From the NCBI RefSeq assembly GCF_009914755.1, contig NC_060926.1: a stretch of DNA of 64,000 nt, one strand, 5' to 3'. A program made the translations under genes and the position numbers. Shown here piece after piece: positions 29,277 to 42,712 of this stretch. The stretch is from the human T2T-CHM13v2.0 reference genome, Homo sapiens. The notes below the pieces were generated by a model that saw nothing but the letters and a program-made list of their open reading frames with translations, ran no database searches and had not been told where the DNA came from. Each line of letters begins with the position of its first letter. Position 1 is the first letter of the stretch.

Positions 29277-31659
29277 GCTTAGAAGTTTTCTTGGGACTGG
29301 TCTCTTCCTGCTTCAGCTGAACCTTGTACTTTACTCTTATCAATCCCCTTTAAAAACTTGATACTGGTCCAGAGTTCCATGTATGTTTTAATTCATCTAC
29401 AGGGAAGAAGTTCCTTGGCTATCCGACTACTATTCATTCGTAAAGATTCAGTCTTAGGAGCATAAGCCACATCAGAACCTCAGCAATCCATTGTACACTT
29501 TACTGTCTCATGTGTGCTTTACCTCGTGTCTGTCTTCCCTACTGTACATTCTTTGGGAGGAAAGATCATGTTATATTTATTCCCAGAGATAATAAAGATC
29601 ACTGGCTTTTCAGAAACTATATCGTTGTTATGACACAGCACACTGCAGATGTGGAGCGAGCCATAGCTGCCAAAGTTAAACAAGTGGGAAAAGAACTCAT
29701 CCTGTGAAAGTCTTCTTCCCACGCCTGAATGAAGCAGAAAAAGTCACATGCAGAATCCCATCTGGCAGGATTTCATAAAGTAGAGGTGACTCCATAAAAT
29801 AATTAGCCTCTTCCCTGAGGAGAGAAGAGAGGATTTGCTCTGTGTTTGCAAATGTTTGTCATTTATCCTTTTCATTAAGCCACCTGTTACATGGTTGACA
29901 CATCATGCTTCCCCCAAACCAACCCATGTCAGTGTTGCTGTCTCATAATGTTATCATGTGTTATTGCATGTTGTCAAGAAAAGAATTTCTCCGCCTTGTA
30001 ACTATGGAGATTTTTGCACATCACCTACCTGGAGTATTCACTATTCAGTACTTACCTCTACCCATGCTTATGCCTGGAAAACTCCTAGGTTCCCTTTGAG
30101 ATCCACTTCCAGGAAGGACCATTAACTCTGAGATGCCCATTACATATTTCATAACTATGTTGTCCCTTCATTGCACATACTCACTGGACAATATTGCATG
30201 TGTCTGTTTGTCTGCCTGTCTTCTGTATGAGACAATGAGTTCCTTAAAGCTAAGAACAGGCTCCTGTTTATCTTTGGCTCCCCATTGCTTTATGTGTTGC
30301 CTAGATTATTGGCAACCCCAGTAAAAGTATGTTTGAATTAAACAGTAAATAAATTTGTGCATAAATAATTTGATGAAGGAGGTAGAGAGAAGGATTCTTG
30401 ATACATGTAAATGTTGATAGGTTGAGCTAAACAGGAATTATCAGAAGAAATAATATACCTATAAATATATTCTTGTGTTAAATTTATTCTCCTCTACAGA
30501 GAACTATTATTCTCTGTAAAATAATTAATTATTATGATTAGGATTAAATCTGGACCCATTGCTTCCTTCAGGAGAGTGTTAAAAATCAGGAAAAACAAGA
30601 AAACTAAAAGTAAGAATTCCCAACTTGGAATCTCCATTCTGCAACTGACTATGGTTATGACTAGGAGCAAATTACTGAACCTCTCCGGAGACTAATTTCC
30701 TCACTAGTAGGATTAATATGTGAGGTTCGCTATTCTCCAGGATTCTTTCCTGCTCTACACATCTCTAAGCTCCTGATCATACTGTTCTTTCCACCCACTG
30801 CTTTTCCCACCCACGAAGTTCACAAGTCCCAGCCTCAGCACTCTGTCACCATGTTCCTGCACACACCTCCACTCATCCTCCCCACCTGTCTCTGCTCCAT
30901 CTGTTTGGGCGTATCTCAAATCTCACTCACCTCTGTCCACCAGCACCATGGAACCATGGTTTCTTTAGAAATCACCTCCTACTTCGTGTCCAATATGTCA
31001 TCTTTTCACCTTCCTTCAAAAAGTTCCTCAAGCTATTTTCCTTCCAGAAACTCAGATTTATTCTGAACCACACTTGTACATGTGAAGGGGTGTGTGTGTG
31101 ATTTGTTATAATAGTCATCATTAGTACATTCTAATTCTTAAAAATTTTATCTGCATCTACCATCTCATTTACTTTTCTCAATAATCCTATAATAGTTAAC
31201 ATTATTCATCATGAATTTGCAGAACACAGATTCAAGGCAAATAATTGACTTGCCCAGAATCACAGTTAGGTTGTGGGAGGGTCAGGATTCATTTCCAGGT
31301 TTTCTGGCTTCTGGTTTCTCTTTTCCCCCATTCTTTTCAGCATGTCTCTCTCAACAGAAATTAATAGTGAACTGAGCATAAAATCTTTACATACAGTGAG
31401 CAGTAAATGGTGTTTAATCATTTTGATTAATTTGCGACAGTCCTTACCGTGTCAAGGTAAGTCCTATGTGAAGGACGCATGAAGGTCTGACTGCTAAACC
31501 TCTACAAAGCAGCTAACGGAGAAAAACGAATCTTCAACTAGCAAGGCAAGCTACTGAGGATACTTGGAGATGACACCAGGAAGGAGCCATAAAGAACTCT
31601 CTGCTCTCCGGGTACTGAAGCACAGTCTTGCATTTCTGTGAACTTGAAATATTTTTGTA

Positions 31660-32020
31660 TTTTTAGGTCTTTGAACATCTACACTTTCTACCTGGAAAAC
31701 CCTTTCCTACTACCCTTTTTTACCTAGAAAATTTCTACTCATTCTTCAAGACTAAGATCAAGTTCAACTCCTCTACAGAGTCTTCCCTGAACAGCCTAGG
31801 CTGGGCCCTGTGCCACTCCTGTAGGCTCTGTGGCTTCCTGTGCCTCCCTCTGTCATAACCCTCTTGCCCTGAGCTGATTGTTTATGGTTAATGTCTTTCT
31901 TCCCACTAGACCTTGTGCTCCTTGATAGCAGGAGTGACTTAGTGTTTATTTCTGTTTTCCCAGATGCTATCTAAGTTCCTGGGACATATTAGCTGCTCGG
32001 AACATGTTTGTGAATGAAAG
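31660..32020 (+). mobile_element. L2 3' fragment
   Basis: CTACTCATTCTTCAAGAC...CCCACTAGAC...GGACATATTAGCTGCTCGGAACATGTTTGTGAATGAA. Confidence 0.75.
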
Positions 32021-32451
32021 GAAGACTTTTGTAGGTAGATCCCATGTAAGAATTGTTTTCTCTCTGCAAATCCTACTCTGACTATAGAACCCTTCCAATC
32101 CTAGAAGACCAGAAGGAGTGTTACAGCTGGCATAGCTGCATAATCAGAGACCAGCAACTCCTCCAATAATTCTAGGATTTCCAGTTGACTCTTTTATGTA
32201 ACAGAAAATAGCAATATCAATAGCAAAAGATTTTTAAGCCCAGCTATGAAGTATGTATTAGGAAAAGTGTAAAATCACTGTCTAGTACAAAATGCTTTTG
32301 TATAGATCATGGAAAAGCATAAAACCCAGAAGTAAATGAGAGGATTTCAAGGACTTAAGTCAGATAAAGTAGAAGATCCCAATAGGACTAAGTCATAGAC
32401 AAATATCTTTCCAGCTAGTGTCTGAATAAAGAGTGTTTACTAGTTAGCAGT

Positions 32452-33460
32452 ACATCAAGTTTAAAAGCTTCTACACAGCAAAGGTTACAATCAACAAAGT
32501 GGAGAGGCAACCCACAGAATGGGAGAAAATACTTGCAAACTACCTATCTGACAAGAAATTAATAACTGAAATACATAATGAGTTCAAACAACTCTATAGG
32601 AAAAAATCTAATAATCCAATCAAAAAAATGGGCAAAAGATTGGAATAGACATTTCTCAAAAGAAGAGTACAAATGGAAAGCAGGTATATGAAAAGGTCCT
32701 CAACATCATTGATCATCAGATAAATGCAAATCAAAACTACAATGAGATATCCTTTCACCCCAGCTAAAATGGCTTATAGCCAAAAGACAGGTAATACCAA
32801 ATGCCAGTGAGGATGTGAGGGGAAAGGGAACCCTCATACTCTTGGTGGGAATGTGAATTAGTACAACCACTATGGAGGACACTTTGGAGGTTCCTCAAGA
32901 AACTAAAAATTGAGCTACTATGTGATCTAGCAGTCCCACTGCTGAGTGTGTACCCAAAAGAAAGGAAATCAGTGTATCAAGGATATATCTGCACTCCCAT
33001 GTTTGTTGCAGCACTGTTTACAATAGCTAAGATTTGGAAGCAACGTAAGTGTTCATCAACAAATGAATGGATAAAGAAAATGTGGTACATATACCCAATG
33101 GAGAACTATTCAGCCATAAAAAAGAATGAGACCCAATCGATTGCAACAACATGGATAGAACTGGAGGTCATTATATTAAGTGAAATCAGCCAGACACAGA
33201 AAGACAAACATCACATGTTCTCACTTATTTGTGGGCTCTAAAAATTAAAACAATTGAACTCATGGTCATAGAGAGTAGAAGGATGGTAACCAGAGGCTGG
33301 AAAGTGTAGCACAGGGGTTAGTGGGGAGGTGGTGGATGATTAATAGCTACAAAAAGAAAATGGAAAGAATGAATAAGATTACTATTTGATAGCACAATAG
33401 GGTGACTATAGTCAATAATAATTTAACTGTATATTTTAAAATAACTTAAAGAGTATAAAT
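32452..33460 (+). mobile_element. L1MA1-3-like ORF2 end and 3'UTR, no poly-A
   Basis: ORF 32948-33241 (CTPMFVAALFTIAKIW...EWIKKMW) and 3'UTR GATAGCACAATAGGGTGACTATAGTCAATAATA. Confidence 0.9.
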
Positions 33461-33700
33461 TCCTCAATGTGAGAAACCATTCAGGAACTTTCAAGAAGAA
33501 GGGCATGGAAGGAGTAGATACAACAGTGTCAGTCACTCTCTTGAGAGTGAATAAGCAGTTCTTTTAGGATGGAGCCTGAACAGTCAGCTCCCATCAGGAG
33601 GGTCACCTCACCACTTACAGCAGTGCTCTGTGGGCACAAGTGGCCAGGCCAGGTCAGCCACGCGAGCAGCTTCTGTGAGGTCTGCAACAGAGACACTCTT

Positions 33701-34008
33701 TTTTTTTTCTTTTCTTTTCTTTTTTTTTTCCGAGACGGAGTCTTGCTCTGTCGCCCAGGCTGGAGTGCAGTGGCGCGATCTTGGCTCACCGCAAGCTCCG
33801 CCTCCCGGATTCACACCATTCTGCCTAAGCCTTCCATGTAGCTGGGACTACAGGCGCCCGCCACCACGCAGGGCTAATTTGTTGTATTTTTAGTAGAGAC
33901 GGGGTTTCACCGTATTAGCCAGAATGGTCTCGATCTCCTGACCTCGTGATCCGCCCGCCTCGCCTCCCGAAGTGCTGGGATTACAGGCGTGAGCCACCGC
34001 GCCCGGCC
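33701..34008 (-). mobile_element. AluY, CpG-rich
   Basis: GCAAGCTCCGCCTCCCGG and GATCTCCTGACCTCGTGATCCG. TSD AACAGAGACACTCTT at 33686-33700 and 34009-34023, followed by an AAAAA endonuclease site. Confidence 0.96.
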
Positions 34009-34514
34009 AACAGAGACACTCTTAAAAACCACTTAGAGCTGCCCTATATGGTAGGTGGCTTGGTGGTCAGAAGGAAATCAAGCCGTATTAAAGGGGCCTA
34101 GTTATGTTTACAGCATGAAAGGCAGCTCTCATTTGCATTTTCCAGAGTCTGTTATGTGACGCTGATGATATTCTTGCCTGACTTCAATCTCTTGACTACT
34201 TGATGCTGACATCCACCCTGCCCGCTCTGGATTTGGTGTTATCACTCTTCTCAGCTCAGGAATGCTTCACCTTGCCCACCTTGCCTCCTTCCAGCCCTGA
34301 ATTTATTGAATCTCAAATCCCCTGCTATTTTCCCCGGACTAGAACTCAGCCCTAACTCTGGCCAGATCCCTTTTTCCAGATCCTTCCACAAGGAGAGGAT
34401 TCAGTCATAAAACAGCCAAGAAGAGAACATTACTTGATTAATACAGAAGGCTCAGTGGTAGGACTCCAGCAAAAAAGTCTGCACTCTCCTGTCTGGTTAG
34501 ATACATCCAAAATG

Positions 34515-34917
<403 letters not shown>

Positions 34918-35619
34918 TTACCAAAGAACCTGTGTAGGTAGTGTTTGTCTCACTGAAATACAAGGACAAGCTGGGTCATCTGTCAGTTGAAAATTTGTCC
35001 TCCATTTTTTTCTTGTTTTTACTATTGCCAGAAGGGACTGTCAACATTCCAGGTTTTAATATTTCACCAGGAAATGGCTTGAGTTATCAATTTTTCCCAG
35101 AAAAAAATTTGTTCCCAAGTGGTGTCACCAAAATTCCAATGTTCTATGACTGTGGTACTGCAGAGCCAAAAGGAAGCTGAAGATCACTGATATGAGAGAC
35201 TCTCAGCTGTCTTCATGGACTCTTCTGAGAGTCTGATACATAGTATGGAATTTCACCCTAGAAAGCTTCATAAGACAACATTTGGCCTATGGCTTTTGTA
35301 TACATTTCAGACCTCCAAAGGTCATGAACCCCAAGCAGGTAGATCTAGTCTAATGCAACCCACTATCTTATTTATAAATGAAGATAGCAAGACCCATGAC
35401 AGAGGTGACTTTGCCAAAATGACACTTGCTTATCTCCCTGTCTACTTTCTTCCCATCACACGGTGTAACCTCCCAGTGAAAACTCCCACAAGGTGAGCAA
35501 CTTGAATAGGCAATGGACATTTTAAGGATAAAACCTGTTATGAATGTAAGATTGTAGTTTGTTGTTGTTTGATATAATTATAGATCACACTTAAAATCAC
35601 TAAAACGAGGCTATCACAA

Positions 35620-35810
35620 TAACATAACAATTATTGAAAATCTGTGCACCAGACAATATGCTAAATGTAATATTTCACTTACTCCTCATCACTTCCCTAA
35701 GGTGGGTAAAGGCATGAAGCTTCTTCTAGAGAGAGCAAATGACTTTCCAAACAGTGACAGACCCAGGGTTTGAACCCAAAGTCTGGTAGCAGCATCTGAG
35801 CCTTCAACTG
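35620..35810 (-). mobile_element. MIR
   Basis: ATTATTGAAAATCTGTGCACCAGAC...GACCCAGGGTTTGAACCCAAAGTCTGG. Confidence 0.65.
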
Positions 35811-37304
35811 TCACATATAGTGTTCTGTCACAAGCTGAATTGGCAAAACAAACATAAATTTTAGATAGAATTTTTTTAACAAAATATACTCTTATTCCCG
35901 TCAGGACCCTACAGGGACTCGATTTAAGCAAAGTGTGTTTTCCAGTGTGCATTAATGAGCAGTTAAGAACGGTTTGCAATTAGCCAATCCATTTTTTGTA
36001 CCTAAATCCATGCTCTGTAAGTGTTCAAATTGCTTGAAAGTGTTCTCTGAAGCATTTTAAACATTCCTCTTCATAATCTCGTTTACATGATTCACTTGTA
36101 AAACTTATAAGGAAATTGTTTTACTTGACTGAAGTTTTCATTTCTCCAATACTTGTAACTAAATTAATAAGAATAATAGTTGGCTTTTATAAAGCAGAAA
36201 AAAACTCTTAGGCATTACTTAGTCTGACCTACACATTTTGTAATGAGGAAACAGAACCTAGATACATTTTAAGTAATTTTTTATGAAGATCACATAGCTA
36301 ATTGTTGGAAAAGCCAGAGCTAAACCACAAATCTGCCTTTCTATAGCAGGCCAGGGTCCTATCCCATGTCCCATTACAACTCTCAGGTTTTACATTTTTC
36401 GAAATGATTCGTTCATTCTTTCTAAATGAAAAGCAAACTCAAGTGACATTAAAACTTTTAAAAATGGTTGAAATTGCAGCAGACTTGATGGTACATTTAC
36501 TGGAATAAAAGTTGCTTTTTTTTCCTAATAAATGCATGTTTCTTCTTAAAGCTTAGTTACCATATCAACCACCTTTCCTTGTGGTTTAAAAAGGGAATTT
36601 GAAAGCATATCTTAAATAAAATTTTAAAACAACAAAAATGTAAACATTTTCCAGCATATCATGAAATCTTTCCATGGAAGTTTCAAAATGAGAAACAGAA
36701 CAGAAGAAAACCAAACCACTCCGAGGCACTGTCTCCTGATACTTTCCCCAACCTGCCCTGAACCTGAATCACCGTGATGTCTGGGGCTACTCAGTGTCGA
36801 GAAGGGCAGGAGAAAAGGCCACTGCCCAGAGCCAGAGGGGCAACCCTGCGCCAGACGTGTTGCAAGCAGCATCTCATTCCACTCTCAGCAACTGTCGTCC
36901 CCACCCCTCAGGTGATCGCACTTAGTCTCAGAGGCTAGAAAACGTGCCCAAATTTCACATCTAGTAAATAAGAGGTAGAACTAGAATTTGAGCCCAGATT
37001 TGTTGATTTCAGACTGTGCAACAAAATATTACCTAGGTTTCACAGGTAATTTTCTCCCTTCAAGGAGGTTACAATTGATTGAGAAGGAAGGAAAAAGAAC
37101 TGTGAATCTAAATATCAGAAAAAGTACAAATATATAAGTAGATGAACTAAAAGGCAAATAAAATTACAATGCTATTAAGAGGTAGGTTTTACCTCTTCAA
37201 TACCAGCACATAACACTAGTGTAAAATATAGGAGTCCAATAAATATTTGTAGGGGACAGAAAGAAAGAAAGGGAGGAAAATACTCAAAACCAATAAATCT
37301 ACAC

Positions 37305-37475
37305 TTTTGTTATTCAGGTGTGGTACTTAGACAAGCAACAAGGGCATCAGCAGCAGCTTATTAAAAATGCAGATTCTCAGGCCCACTCCAGACCTGAGTC
37401 AGAATCTGCATTCTAAGGAATCCTCCAGGTGAAGAGCATGCATATGAAATTTGGCGGGGCAGAGGTGCTGGTCTA
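37305..37475. mobile_element. MER5A-like MITE
   Basis: AAAATGCAGATTCTCAGGCCCACTCCAGACCTGAGTCAGAATCTGCATT. Confidence 0.8.
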
Positions 37476-38814
37476 TAAAAAGCACCAAACAGCAAACATC
37501 ACTGGAATTCCAAACAGTGGGAAAGCAGTGGGAGCTGGAGTAATCGGCGATTGCGACTTGGAGGCAGTAGAACCTGAGTTCATGTTCTATGAGATTATGG
37601 GTAGAACTCCTAGAAGGAGATGTTTAGAATTCCACCAAGCAGTGAGGGAAAAGGAAAATGCATGAGAAGGAGCAGACACGCAGGAAGTGAAGTGGTTCAG
37701 GAGCTGCAAGCAAAACCTTTCTGTCCAAGGCAAGGGGTACCTGGAGAAGAATGCTTGAGATTTTCTTTTCTGTTCTTTCGGTGCCCTAGGTTCATGTATT
37801 TCCACATAAAGTATTTTAATTCACAGAAAGAAAGAAAATTGTTAAAATCAGTAGATATATTTGGCATCTGGAAAAGATGGGTGCTTGTCGGGGTGTGGCA
37901 GGCAGCTGGAATCTCCTAACTCATCTTTGCTGATTCTGCCACCTGAGATCCAGCTACTGAACAAGGAACATCAATGTGCTTCATGATGCAGTGGGCTGGG
38001 CAGACCCACGATGGGGCTCTGGCCACCTGCAGGTGCAACTCACTTGGTAAAGCTCTATTCCTCTTGGAATAGAATAGAATTTTGCAGGTTCTACTGGCAT
38101 GAAAAGGTTCTAAGTGCAATATCAATCTGGTGAACATGGTTGTTATCTATATAAAGTAGGTAGCGTATGGTCACTAGTTCACTGATGGTTAACTTGCCCC
38201 AGTGCCTTTCTCTAGACAGAAAATTTCACCAGAAGGGAGCTGACTCCCTGTAGCCCCAGTAATTTGCTATAATCATTAACTAAATGCTAATCATCCAGAA
38301 TACAAATGGCATATGGCCTTAGAAATGAGCCTCGTCTCTCAGAATCTAGGGCAATCCATTCATTCATGCAACAGATCTTTACTGTCAACCTCACGTCAGG
38401 GCTTTTGCAGCTATTGTGGATTTGGGGAAGAAAAAAAAATGGTCCCTGTATTCCAGCAACTTATAATATACCTTGCAAATACCTAAGCAATTCAAACTCT
38501 CCAAGAAATTTGTTAAATTGGGGGAAAGGTAGGGTTTAGAGGAGTTTAGATGAAGGAAACCCCTAGTCATCCCAGAGAACTTAATGAGACTTCATAAATA
38601 AGGCAGGAACTAGGCTGGGTGTCAGTAGGCATTTGCCAGGTAGAAACGTTACATGAAAGGACACGGGTGTTCCAGGTGGAAAAAGCAGTTTGCACGAAAT
38701 CGATGAGATACGAGTGAGCAGGATGTGTTGGGGGCTACAGAGGTTATGGATAATAATACAGACTTTTTAATCCAATAGTCCAGGATTCAAATAGGTTTGG
38801 CAATTAGTACCCAT

Positions 38815-38913
38815 GAGACCATAAGTAACTGTGTGAAGTAATAAATGTTTTTTGTTTCAAGAGGCTAAATGAGGAGGGTGTAATTTGTTACACAGCAATA
38901 GATAACTAATACA
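38815..38913 (+). mobile_element. MLT1 LTR 3' fragment
   Basis: AATAAATGTT...GTAATTTGTTACACAGCAATAGATAACTAATACA. Confidence 0.75.
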
Positions 38914-40241
38914 CTGTGAACTAATGAGAAACAAGTTCAGGGCTTCTCACTGGCACTAACTTTTTCTAAAGCTCAAAGGGGTGAGGAGGAGCTAGCAATG
39001 TGTTCACATGGTCACAAGTCTTTGTAATTATGTAAAATTAAAATATTGGATTTTGTGATGTTTGAGGTATTTGTTGGCATCTTAAAATTTGTAATTAGTT
39101 GTGCTTTTCTATTTATTCTGAATAAACATTGACTTTTATAACAAAATAAATATATAAGTAAATATGTAAATGCACACACATACATAAGACACTGTATTTA
39201 ATGGGATGTGGTATGTGTGTGATGCTATTTAGTGGAAGGGATGTGAGATATTATATATAAATGAGATACCATGTAGGGATTTGAAAAAATTCAGTTCGTA
39301 GATGTGGCTAAATTCCAAGCCATGCCAATCTCTCCTCTTGCATCTGTCTTCCTGTCCCTTTCTCATGGCAGCTCCATGCAGAACTCTGCCCATCACTGTT
39401 TGCTTCAGGGCATCCAAGCTCAACAAACACTGTGGTGTTTTAGTGCACAAGAGAGGCTGACTGAGTCATGAGGAAGAGATCACATCATGCTCCTGTAGGG
39501 CACTCCCTTGCAGTCTGGCTGGCCTTCTCACAGAGCCCTGCTCCTTACCATTCAACCCTACCCTAAACCTCCAGTCCCAAAGTGAGGCCTTTGCTGTCAC
39601 TCACAGGCGCTAGGAAGAAGTTTGGTCCAGCCCCTGCCTCTGACTACTTTTCTCCTGGAGATGCCTCCTGGAATGCTAGAGAACATGTTCCAACTCTTTG
39701 TAAAGCTATGCTGGAATATCCAGAGAATCCCCTTAAAAACAAGCCTGCAACACAATCCCACTACCCTCATTTTCTATAGGTTAAAGGTCACATTGCACCC
39801 AGAAGCAGGACTTAATTAAGAAAGGTTAATGAGAAAAGACCAGAGGTAAGTCTATTTCCAATATATCACACTCATTCCAAATAAATATAACACAGCATGA
39901 TGTACAAGTTAATGTCTTATAGTAGTTCAAAGACAGAAAAGTCAGGAAAAATTTGAACCACCACAGAGCAAGGACCAGATAGTTCTGTGAATTCAAAAGA
40001 AACTGCATCTTACTCACATTGTGAGTGGTGATTTGGTTTCATCAAAATATCATCTATCATGTTAATATTGTTAATTCAAATTCTATTTGTTTTGCAGCTC
40101 TGTATGTAGTTTGTAAACATGTTTTGATTTTAGATACATATAAGAATTACAAGCATGAGGAATGTAACTGCATTTCACATTTGTGTAGACATGAGTCAAC
40201 ACTTGGGAGTCCGTGGGCATTTTTTCAGCTTGAAGAAACAC

Positions 40242-40740
40242 TGGCTTTTGTGAATAATGCTGTCATGAACATGAGAGTGCAGGCATCCTTTCAAGATCTT
40301 GATTTCAATTATATTGAACACAGAAACAGCCTCCATGTTCATCAGTGGATGAATGGATAAAGAAAAGGCAGTATATGCATTTAATGAAATATTATTCAGC
40401 CTTAAAAAGAAGGAAATCCTGTCATATGAGACAACATAGATGAATCTAGAGAACATTATCCTAAGTGAGATAAGCCAGTCACAAAAGGACAAATACTGAA
40501 TGCTTCCACTTATACGATGTATATGAAATAATCAAACTTAGAGGAGCAGGGAATGGAATGGTGTTTGCCAGGGGCTAGAGAGAGGGGAAGTGGGGAGTTC
40601 CTGTTCAACAGGAATAGTTTCAGTCCTATTAGATGAGTAAGTTCCAAAGACCTGCTGTGCAACACTGTGCCTGTGCTTGATACTGTACTTAAGTGCAGAG
40701 GATGGATCTTATGTTAAGTATTTTTACAATAATAAAAAAA
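40242..40740 (+). mobile_element. Old L1MA/L1MB 3' end with a short 5' inversion
   Basis: Inverted piece at 40242-40319, then GATGAATGGATAAAG...CAGCCTTAAAAAGAAGGAAATCCTGTCAT...AATAAAAAAA. Confidence 0.85.
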
Positions 40741-40831
40741 AGACACTTTGAAATTTTTTTAAAAAATAAACTTTGGCTTAACATTTTAGAAAGTGAAAAA
40801 TGAAAAACACAAAAACATACTATAATCTCAG

Positions 40832-41640
40832 TTATTCATTCATTTACTCATTCAGCATATGTTTATTGGATACTGATTGTATATGGTCAGAAATTATGTG
40901 AAACACTGGGTACAGCAGTAAATAAATTAGGTGGACATGGCTCTCCTGTATCTTACCTTCTAGAAAAAAAATAGATAATAAATAAACGTTTTTAAAAGAC
41001 AATTTTAGAATGTGATGTGCGTATGGAAGAAAATACACCAGGTTGGTTTGATAACAAGTGGCTGATGGAGGCTACTTGGGTTTGGTGAGCAGGAAAGGTC
41101 TTTCCATGGAAGGGGCATTTGAGCTGACACCTGGGTGATGAGAGGGAGCAGCCCATGAAAAAGCCAGAGGATTAATGTTCCAGGCAGAGGAAACAGGAAG
41201 TGCAAAGTCCCATGAGTGACATGGGTGGAAAAAGGAGGAGAGGTTAGGCAGAGTCAGACCACATTGGGTCTTTCAAACCACATGAGAGGAATCTAGATTT
41301 TATTCTAGGCTCAATGGGAAGCCTTAGAAAAGTTCTTTAGAGGGGAGTAAGATTTAATTAACACATACAAAGATCACTTTAATGACTGTGCAAAAAAAAT
41401 AAATTCTATGAAACAAGAGTGAAAACAAGGTGATGAGTTGGGAGGCTGTTGGAATGGACCAAGTAGGACATGATGGTGCCTGAGTGAGGGAGTGGCAGTG
41501 GAGCAGGAAGAAGTGAATGAATTTAACTAACTATATGCAGTCAGAGGTGCAATCCATAGGACTTGCTGATGGATTAGAAGTGAAAAGATGAGGGAGAGAA
41601 AGAGAAGAATCATAGATGTTTCATAGGTGTTGGGGTTGAA
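40832..41640 (-). mobile_element. L2a
   Basis: TTCATTCATTTACTCATTCAGCATATGTTTATTG terminus, GTTCCAGGCAGAGGAAACAG, GGACTTGCTGATGGATT. Confidence 0.85.
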
Positions 41641-42712
41641 ATTATTATTTAAACAAAATAGCATGGATGTCAAAATAATTCTGAATAAAAATATAACAAA
41701 ACATTAAGAGTGAATCTTTGGATGATAGAAACAGATTGCTTTTGTGTGAATATGAATTATTTTTAAATGAGACTGTACAATTAATGCTTTCTGTTTAATT
41801 GCCTGGTGGTGATTTTTGTTTTTCTTTTTTTTTTTTTCACAGAGTCAAGACTCAAAGTCACCTGAGGAAGGCAGAGGTCTTTATTAGAAGTCTGACAGGA
41901 TGAGGCCCAGAATAGAAGAAGCCAAGGATCAGAACCCAGGTTAATGGATAACGTTAAGGTACGTAAGGGCTCAGGAGTCAGAAAGGGAGATTACACTGAA
42001 CTCAGCTGCTCAGGTCTACATGTGCTTCATGACTGCTTTGAAAGAGTTAGAAACACCTATCTGTTCCTGCTGAGCAATAATAATGCTTGTCAGTATTATT
42101 ATTTCCAGAGACGTAGAATGAATGAGGGTGTTTCTCTACTGAAATGCACAGCTAGTACCAATCTTCTCCTGTATCTACTACTGAAAGTATAAAGAATACA
42201 TAGAACAAGGCAACTAGGAGGTCACACCCAAATTGTCACAATTTATCCTCACTATTATCATTCTTCATCATTAAAACAGCCAACTTTATATGATTTCATA
42301 GATGATAAAACTGAGAAACAAATGGACAAAGTACATTTCTAAGATTGCACCAAAGAGCAATCTTTGGTGATGTTGTCCTATTACCTTCCCACCACACTGT
42401 GCTTAAAGACAGCATTCTGGTGCTCCTCAACTTTTTTCACACCATGCCACTCATAGAAACTGGTATTTTACAGGATACTGGAGCAAATAGGCAAGGCTAC
42501 TCCTGAGCTGGCACAACTCCCTCAGGGGCTCCATTTGCCACAAGGCTTACCTGGCCACACAAAAACCGAGTGAGTAAACATCTTGACATACCTATCAGAA
42601 AACTCCGCATTCATTTTTAGGAAACTTAAGTCTTGTGGTTTCCGAACGTGGCTGATCATCAGAATCTTTTGGAAAATTTTTAAAATTGAGAGTCCTAGGC
42701 CTTATCAAAGAC

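Noticed and set aside
30495-30533. 9-bp hairpin and AT palindrome
   Set aside because: Very AT-rich context, so plausible by chance.
36826-36846. Possible CTCF site GAGCCAGAGGGGCAAC
   Set aside because: The core is out of register with the consensus by one base.
37366-37412. Inverted repeat AATGCAGATTCT/AGAATCTGCATT
   Set aside because: Explained by the palindromic structure of MER5A.
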